Assembly (NCBI GenBank): GCA_964016885.1
Contig: OZ024741.1
Location: 84,630,001 to 84,694,000 of the forward strand
Reading direction: 5' to 3'
From: Eledone cirrhosa
Lineage: Eukaryota
DNA length: 64,000 nucleotides
Shown: in pieces, positions 56,975 through 64,000 of the stretch
Layout of the letters: each line of letters starts with the position of its first letter
Position numbering within the stretch: the first letter of the stretch is position 1
Position numbers and translations under genes: made by a program
The notes under the pieces: generated by a model
The model's database searches: none
Told to the model about the DNA's origin: nothing
The model's input: the letters and a program-made list of their open reading frames with translations, nothing else

Positions 56975-59900
56975 CTAGCTCGTCTTCCTCCATGCCCAGA
57001 GTCTCTCCGAGAGCGTCGTCGCACTTGCTGCGCACCAACCCTCTATAGAATGTTGAGGTTGAGTCTCTACTGATTGCCGGATCCGCTTGCCAGAGGGCCG
57101 TGAGCGCCTGGGCACATTCAATGTGCCAGTCGCCCACTTTTCTCGGTCTTTGCTTGACCCAGCATTGCAGCTCGGTGAGTGAGACGAGTCTCGGAAAGGC
57201 TCGCCTCACAAAAGGGGCCCACACCGGCTGACCGGTGGGGAATGCCTGGAGGTGCCGTAGCCTTAATGCCTTTCTACGCATCGTCAGCCATGGCATACCC
57301 ACCCCTCCGTTCGAAGGGTGTTGACAGCAGATGGATCTTCTCACCAAAGAGGCCCGCTTCTTCCAAAGGAATCGGAAGAGCGCGCGCTCCATTTTGGCGA
57401 GCGTTTTCGCTGGTCAAGGCACGACGATCGAGCGGTAGTAGATGACGGACGCTACATAAGTGTTCGCCACCTCCGCTCGACCTTTCAGGGATAGTTTGCA
57501 CTCTGCCACTTCTGGGCGAGTGCAAACAACCTGCCCGTTACGTCATCCCAGTTTTTCTCCACCTGGAGGTCCGGTCCGAATCAGATCCCGAGCAGCTGCA
57601 TCGGTCCGTCCGTCCAACGTCCGACGACGCCGTCGGAGGGCATCGGTTTGCCTCTCCACGTTCCGAGTTGCAAACCGACGGACCTGTCCCGGTTCAGCTT
57701 GGCTCCTGTAAACATTTCGTATTCCTCCAGTAAGGTGCTGATCTGCCCGATTTCCGAGGCCCACGACACCATTACTGTCACGTCATCGGTGTAGGCCGAC
57801 ACCGCTTTCCGCAATCCCGGTTCCAAGGGGATTCCCTGCAACAGCTCTAACTTCCGCAGCTCTAACTTCCGCAGTATGCCAGCACATACAGAAGGGAGGA
57901 GAGAGGGCAACACTGTCGGATAGATCGCGTGATTTGGAACGGCTCCGAGAGGTAGCCGTACACATTGTCACTCGAGCAGGTGTTGCTGCTGTGCATTGCA
58001 GCAATTCGGCCCCTGAGAACGGGTCCGAAGCCTGCCGCCGCGAGCACCGCATCCAGGTACCGATGGTCGACCCTATCGAACGCCTTAGATTGATCCAAGT
58101 TGATCAGGGCCCCACCAAAGCCGGGTACGTTCCCTACCCTCTCTACGATGTATCGCATGAGGTAGAGCTTGTCGTGTATGGACCTGGACGCGATTGCGGA
58201 TGTCTGCTCTTCTCCCACCAGGTTCCCGCCGACAAACGCCAACCTCTTCGCTAACACCTTGGCTAAAATCTTTAACTCTGTGTTTAGCGGAGTTATGGAC
58301 CTGAATTTATCTATATCATCCCCCTTGTTCTCGTCCTTCCTCACCAGCGTGACTATGCCCTTGGTCACAGAACTGGGAATTCTTCCGTTCTGTTGCCAGT
58401 TGCAGTAGACCGCCTCGAGGAGATCGGAGAACAAGTCCGTTATCGCTACATAAAGTTCGTATAGTAGACCATCGAGACCCGGAGATTTTCGTTTGCCGTA
58501 TAGGCTCAGCGCTTCCCCTATTTCAGTGGCTGAAATCGGTCTTTCGCAGGACTTAGCCTCCCCGTCCGTGAGCCGCGGCAGACCGTCGAATTATGGACCG
58601 AAATCCATGGCCTCACCCGGCCCACCGCCCCGCCCGAACAGTCGTGCAAAGCGCCGTTGAAATGCCGCGCACATCCGCTCAGGTTCAAGGATTACGCGTC
58701 CATCCTGGTCCTTCAAAGACCGAATCGTAGACTTGTTTCCACTTTTTGCCTCTGTCACTCGGGCCCAACTAACAGCTTTGGCTCCCTCGTTACCCAGAGC
58801 ACGTATTTTACTCCTGACAACACAGCCCTCGTGCTTCGCGTCAAAGAACTGGTCTAAGGCCGTTCTTGCCGCCAGCACACCGGCCACGTTGCCCCTCCTA
58901 ATCGCCTCTTCTACTCTATCTATCAATTCCCTTTCAGTTCTATTCCTATTTGATGCTAATTCCTGACTAAAACCTATCAATTCTATTCTAATTTCTCTCT
59001 TGAGAGAACCCCACCACCTACTGTTGACAATTGCCCCCGTCAACCGCTGCTTAACTAGATAACTAATCCGCTTACTGTAAGCTTTGTTTGTCGGTAAGGA
59101 CAAGTTTAGCTTCCAGTAACCGGGTCCTTGTCTATGGGTTCTATCAACGTTGACCACTCCGGTCACCAACTTGTGATCCGAATAGTCAACCATGAACATT
59201 CCTGGATAGCTTAATATGTCCCTATCCTTATTTCTAACTAGGAACCTATCTAGGTACGACCTAGATGTTCCGCTGAGATTACTCCACGTCCACCGTGGCA
59301 CAGTCGGAAAATCTAGTCGATATCTATCGGCCAGATCAAATCGGCGGATTAACCGTTTGAGGCTGTTACACCCCCTTCTATCGGGACATGCCCCTACATA
59401 GTCCCAACGTGCATCCAGGATACCATTCCAGACCCCACTAAAAGCAAGGAGCGAGACGTTCCCAGAAAAGTCTCTAGGCGTTGGAAGAAATCCGGTCGCG
59501 GTGTCCCAGATGGGGCATACGCTGCCACACGCCTGAAGGCTCCACCTTCACTACTGCCTACGTCTAGAACCACCAGTCGACTCTCCAGGTCCAAGTGTAC
59601 CTTCCGTGTTGCGAGGCCCAGGTGTTTTCGCAGAAAAACGACCACCCCGCCCCCACCCTCCGGATGACAGAGATGCATAGATCTCAAAGTCGTCGAAGAT
59701 GGGGGCCAGTTGGTGCTCACTGCTGATCCTGGACTCACAAATAGCTATCACATCCATTCTGTGCGACCTGAGGTCATTTAAGAGTTTGCCCTGCTTCCAG
59801 GACATCCCCAGGCCATTTCAAGAGGACGCGGTTGCTAGGTCTAGTACAGGGGTTCCCCACGTCCTCGGGAAAGTTCTGTTTGAGCATTGCGTAGGTGTCC

Positions 59901-61708
59901 CTTGGGACCCTAATCATTTTTAAATGCGGTTTAGTCGCCGCGTTGGTTAACATTTTCCCTTCGGTTTGTCTATTGTTTGTCTATTGTTTGCACAAGTGTT
60001 TTGTTGTTTGTGTTGATGTATGTGTACTGTTTTTGTTGTGTTGTGTTTGTTTTTGTTTGTTGTTCTTGTGTGTGTTTGCGTTGTGTAGTATGTGTTATGT
60101 TTTCGGGAGGGGTGGGTTTTTTTGTTTGTGATGTTTGTTCTGTTTGTGCTGGTGGTTGTGTGTTTGTTGCATTTTTGTTAATGTGGTACCTTCTTTTCTT
60201 TCTTTTTACAGGTTGAAAGGGTTCTCGCTCGTCGTCACTGGGTGACGTTGATAAGGGGTCCTCGTCCGTGTTGTTGGGGAGGGGTATATTTTTGGGTTTT
60301 GTTCTGGTTGCTTTTGTATTTGTTTTAGGTGGGGAGGGTTGGGTGTGACAGTGTCTTGTGTTGACATTTTTTCGTGTTGTTGTTGTTGTGGTGGTGGTGG
60401 TGGTTGTGTTGTTGTGTGTGGGGTGGGCAGAAGAGTGTCTTGGGGGGGGGGAATTTAAAAAGGGGACAGGATGCCCTCAGGTGACCACTTCTTGAACAGT
60501 GGTAGCATGAAAGCCGCCTGCCCTCAACAGAAATGTTTATGAAGGCGACTCCATCTAGGGACACACGCTGCGGTATTCTTGCTAGCCGTTCTGGTCTCAT
60601 TTGGACCAGAACTTCAAGGGTATTGCCGCCGAATACGCCCCCGGTGGATTCGCCTATGGAAAGGGTTGTGTCTTCATCTTCTAAGAATCCCGTTAGCACC
60701 CACCAAATGCTCGCATTTGGCCTGATGCCCGAGATTCTTATCTTTTGAGTTCTTTTCCCCAAATATGTGGGGAAAAGGGTGTATGCTTTGGATACAATTG
60801 GCGACACAGAATATTTCCGTGCCGCCAATTCATCTTGCATTAAAACAGATATGCTTCCATACAGTTTCCCTTTCTGTATGAAAGCGATATCCTTCCAGGC
60901 ACTACTTAGGACCAGCTCAATTTCGCTTTGGAACAATTGAGCCGGGTTCCTAGTCGCATTCGAAACTGTCCTAAAAATGTTGGTCCTGAGGACTGTGTCC
61001 CTTCTAATTTCTTCGGGGGAGGTAATTGTGAATTCCCCACCTTCGCCGAAATTTACACAATTCCTTGCTCCTTTCAGCAATTTCTTGGCATTCGAGATGT
61101 CCAGTGCCCTGTATGTCTGCGTTTCTCGTACCGCTTGTGCGAAGGAGACTGCAGCTGTGGGTCCGTTTTCTTTCGTGTTGTTATCATTGTTGTCGTTGTT
61201 ATTCGTGTTGGCTTGCTTTTTTCCTTTGTTGATGTTGTCATTATTGCTGTTGTTGGTTGTGTTGTTATTGTCATTGTTGCTGTAGTTGGAAGTGTTGTTA
61301 TTGTCATTGTTGTTCTTGTTGTTCTTGTTTGTGTAATTGTTACTTTTGGGGTTTTCACCCATTTCCACAATTTTTTCTTTTGATTCCATGGTGTCTTTTG
61401 CGGGAGTGAGGAGGGAGGGCTTACAGCGTTGTGCTGCTACCTTCTCTCTATCACTTTCCTTGGGGGGCATGGCATGCGTCATATTAATGGCGTCCATTTT
61501 CACTAAACGACTTTTTATCGACAACTTACCCCCCCCCCCAAAAAAAAAGGGGGCGAAATATATTTTACCCAACGTCTGCAGGCCCAGGCGAGGGGTTAAA
61601 CACAACAAATAACAAATTACTTAAACAGACCTACCGCTTCTCGTAATATATTCCGACAAAATGCAGGAGCGAAACAAAAACACGTCTGTCTTCTCCGTGA
61701 TAGATAGA
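56975..61708 (-). mobile_element. Tx1-like (L1 group) LINE with 5' UTR, ORF1 and frameshifted APE-RT ORF2, 3'-truncated
   Basis: ORF1 has a CCHC knuckle. The APE region reads DVIAICES, AYAP, SYLDRF, SDHKLV, GPGYWKLN. The RT region reads SPGLDGL, LDQSKAFDRVDH, AYTDDVTV. Confidence 0.92.
60325..61494 (-). CDS. Tx1-like ORF1 protein (Asn-rich N-terminus, CX2CX4HX4C zinc knuckle)
   Basis: Long open frame with CYHCSRSGHLRASC. The start is placed at the first in-frame ATG (MDAIN). The C-terminus is probably shortened by a frameshift. Confidence 0.75.
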   Translation of the reverse strand, partial: DAINMTHAMPPKESDREKVAAQRCKPSLLTPAKDTMESKEKIVEMGENPKSNNYTNKNNKNNNDNNNTSNYSNNDNNNTTNNSNNDNINKGKKQANTNNNDNNDNNTKENGPTAAVSFAQAVRETQTYRALDISNAKKLLKGARNCVNFGEGGEFTITSPEEIRRDTVLRTNIFRTVSNATRNPAQLFQSEIELVLSSAWKDIAFIQKGKLYGSISVLMQDELAARKYSVSPIVSKAYTLFPTYLGKRTQKIRISGIRPNASIWWVLTGFLEDEDTTLSIGESTGGVFGGNTLEVLVQMRPERLARIPQRVSLDGVAFINISVEGRRLSCYHCSRSGHLRASCPLFKFPPPKTLFCPPHTQQHNHHHHHNNNNTKKCQHKTLSHPTLPT

Positions 61709-61710
61709 TA

Positions 61711-64000
61711 TCTTTCTTTATTTGCCACAGGGGCGTACAAAAATGGGACATTACAAGACGTGAGGGCGGGGGTTTTACATAAAAATAACTTTAACATTAA
61801 TAAATAACAATAAACTATATATATAATAAAATAATAATTGAAATCCCAAGTAGGGGGAACGTTACTGCAGGGTTGTTTTACACCCCGTGGATAGAACAAC
61901 CCTCAACACCAGGAACACGTTTTGTATGTGTTCCTGTCTTCCCTCTGTTTATCTTCCTCAACCTACAGGTTTATATACAGAGAAGGCCCATTCACTCGGG
62001 CCATTTTTGCCACATTCACCCACTTTTCAGCGAATTTACTGGGGTGTAGCACCTCTCTCTCCACTCTCACCTTCCTTCTGAAGTGCTCCTTAATGAAGGG
62101 GATAAGTTGTTGTCCGGAGAGAAAGGTGTTTGCTCTCAGTCCTTGTAACCTCGTCCACCATATTACCTCTTTTGCCATAGCCACCAGGCAGAGGAAAACC
62201 GCCTCACCTTCGTTCTTAAATGAAGGCGGCGGGGTGATCCTCACGATGGACTCGGCTGACAACTGGATGCGTCCCACACGTGACAGCAGCTGTTTGACAT
62301 AATTCCACAGGTCGGTCACCCCTGCGCACTGAACAATTGCGTGCAGAACGGTTTCGATGTCCTGCTCGCATCTTGGACAGATCCTTTTGGCAGGATCTCT
62401 GCCAGGGCGTCCGTGCCTGTAGATTTTGTCTCGAACTGGTAGAGCTCCTCGGTAGCACTGCCAAGCCAGAGACACCTGGAAGTTATCCATAGGCCCTGGA
62501 CGGAAAGTCCTCTCGAACAGTCTGGTCAGTTCGTCCTCTTCGATGCCTAGAGTTTCCCCGAGAACGTCGTCGCACTTATCTTCCACTAATCCCCTATAGA
62601 ATGTCGAAGTAGAGTCTCCGCTGATTTCCGTTTCCGCTTGGTAGATGGCTGTGAGCACCTGTAGGCATTCGAGGTGCAAGGCACCCATTTTCGGTCTTCG
62701 CTTGACCCAGGACTTCAGATCTGTTAGTGAGACGAGTTGTGGAAGAGCTTGTCTCACAAACGGCAGCCACACCGGTTCACCGGTCAGGAATACCTGGATA
62801 TGGCGTAGCCTCAGCGCATGTTTGCGCATAATCAGCCTCGGCATGCCCAGCCCTCCATTAGAAGGGTGTTGACAGCAGATGGATCTCCTCACCAATGGAG
62901 CCTATTTCTTCCAGAGGAACTTGAAGAGTAGACGTTCCATTTTGGTAAAGTATTCGAGGAGGCAAAGCGCGACTGTCAAGCGGTAGTAGATGACGGACGC
63001 TATGTAAGTGTTCGCCACCTCAGCTCGACCTTTCAATGAGAGTTTGCAGTCAGCCCACTTCTGGGTGAGTGCAAACACCTTCGCCGTGACCTCGTTCCAG
63101 TTCTTGTCCACCTGGAGGTCTGGACCAAACCAGACCCCGAGCAATTTCACCGGTCCTTCCGTCCAGCATCCGACGACACTGTCGGAAGGCATCGGTTTGG
63201 CTCTCCATGTGCCGAGTTGCAAACCGACAGACTTGTTTGGGTTTAGTATTGCTCCTGTCAACGTTTCGTATTCCTGTAATAGGTTGCCGATTACCCTGAT
63301 GTCCGAGGTTTTCGACATCATTACGGTTATGGCGTCAGCATAGGCTGACGCTGCTTTCCGCAGTCCCGGTTCGATCGGGATGCCTTGCAACAGCTCAGTT
63401 TCCGCAGTAACGGCTCGAGAGTCAGAACATACAGAATGAAGAAGAGAGGGCTTCCCTGACGGATGGAACGCATGATTTGGAATGTCTCTGATAGGTAGCC
63501 ATTCACCTTGACTGTCGAGCAGATGCTGGTGTGCATGGCAGCGATCCAGCCTCTGAAGACGGGACCGAAGCCGCCCGCCTTGAGAACTGCTTCCAAGTAT
63601 TGATGGTCGACCCTATCAAATTCCTTAGACTGATCTAAATTGATCAGAGCCCCACCAAAGCCAGGTTTACACCCTACTCTCTCTATGATGTATCGCATGA
63701 GGTGGAGGTTGTCGTGTATGGACCTGGTCGGGATTGCACACGTTTGGGCTTCCCCTACCAGGTTCTCAACGACAAGCGCCAGCCTTGCTGCTAACACCTT
63801 CGGCAAAATCTTTAACTCTGTGTTGAGCGGAGTTATGGGCCTGAAATTGTTTATCTCATCCCCCTTGTTCTAATCTTTCCTGATCAGCGTTACTACGCCT
63901 CTGCCTACAGAACTGGAAATCCTCCTTTTCTGCCGCCAGTTGCAGTAGACCGCTTCGAGGACGCCAGAGAACAAGTCTGGCATGCCTAAGTAAAACTCAT
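61711..64000 (-). mobile_element. Second Tx1-like LINE: RT, C-terminal Cys/His domain and 3' UTR (runs off the window)
   Basis: LDQSKEFDRVDH, SIRQGSP, AYAD, CPRCEQDIETVLHAIVQC. The 3' end is GGCAAATAAAGAAAGA followed by a short (TATC)n. Confidence 0.92.

Overview
AT-rich, microsatellite-dense eukaryotic intergenic or intronic DNA. The repeat families suggest an octopus or other cephalopod genome (inference, not verified). No confident host gene was found. The window is a mosaic of decayed mobile elements: R4/Dong-like, RTE/RTE-X and two tandem Tx1-like LINEs, many Penelope-like element (PLE) fragments, tRNA-derived SINEs with TSDs, a hAT remnant and a composite non-autonomous Helitron. The most notable layer is RNA-structural. 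About 15 type-I hammerhead ribozyme (HHR) motifs from about 9 families sit in PLE-like termini, and several fold-back palindromes have their apex in HHR stem II. In two unrelated terminal-repeat families (29.4-30.4 kb and 53.2 kb) a covarying motif carries the three hammerhead core segments in a non-cyclically permuted, pseudoknotted order with a kink-turn. This is a candidate new hammerhead topology. All structures were read by eye, with no folding or database search.
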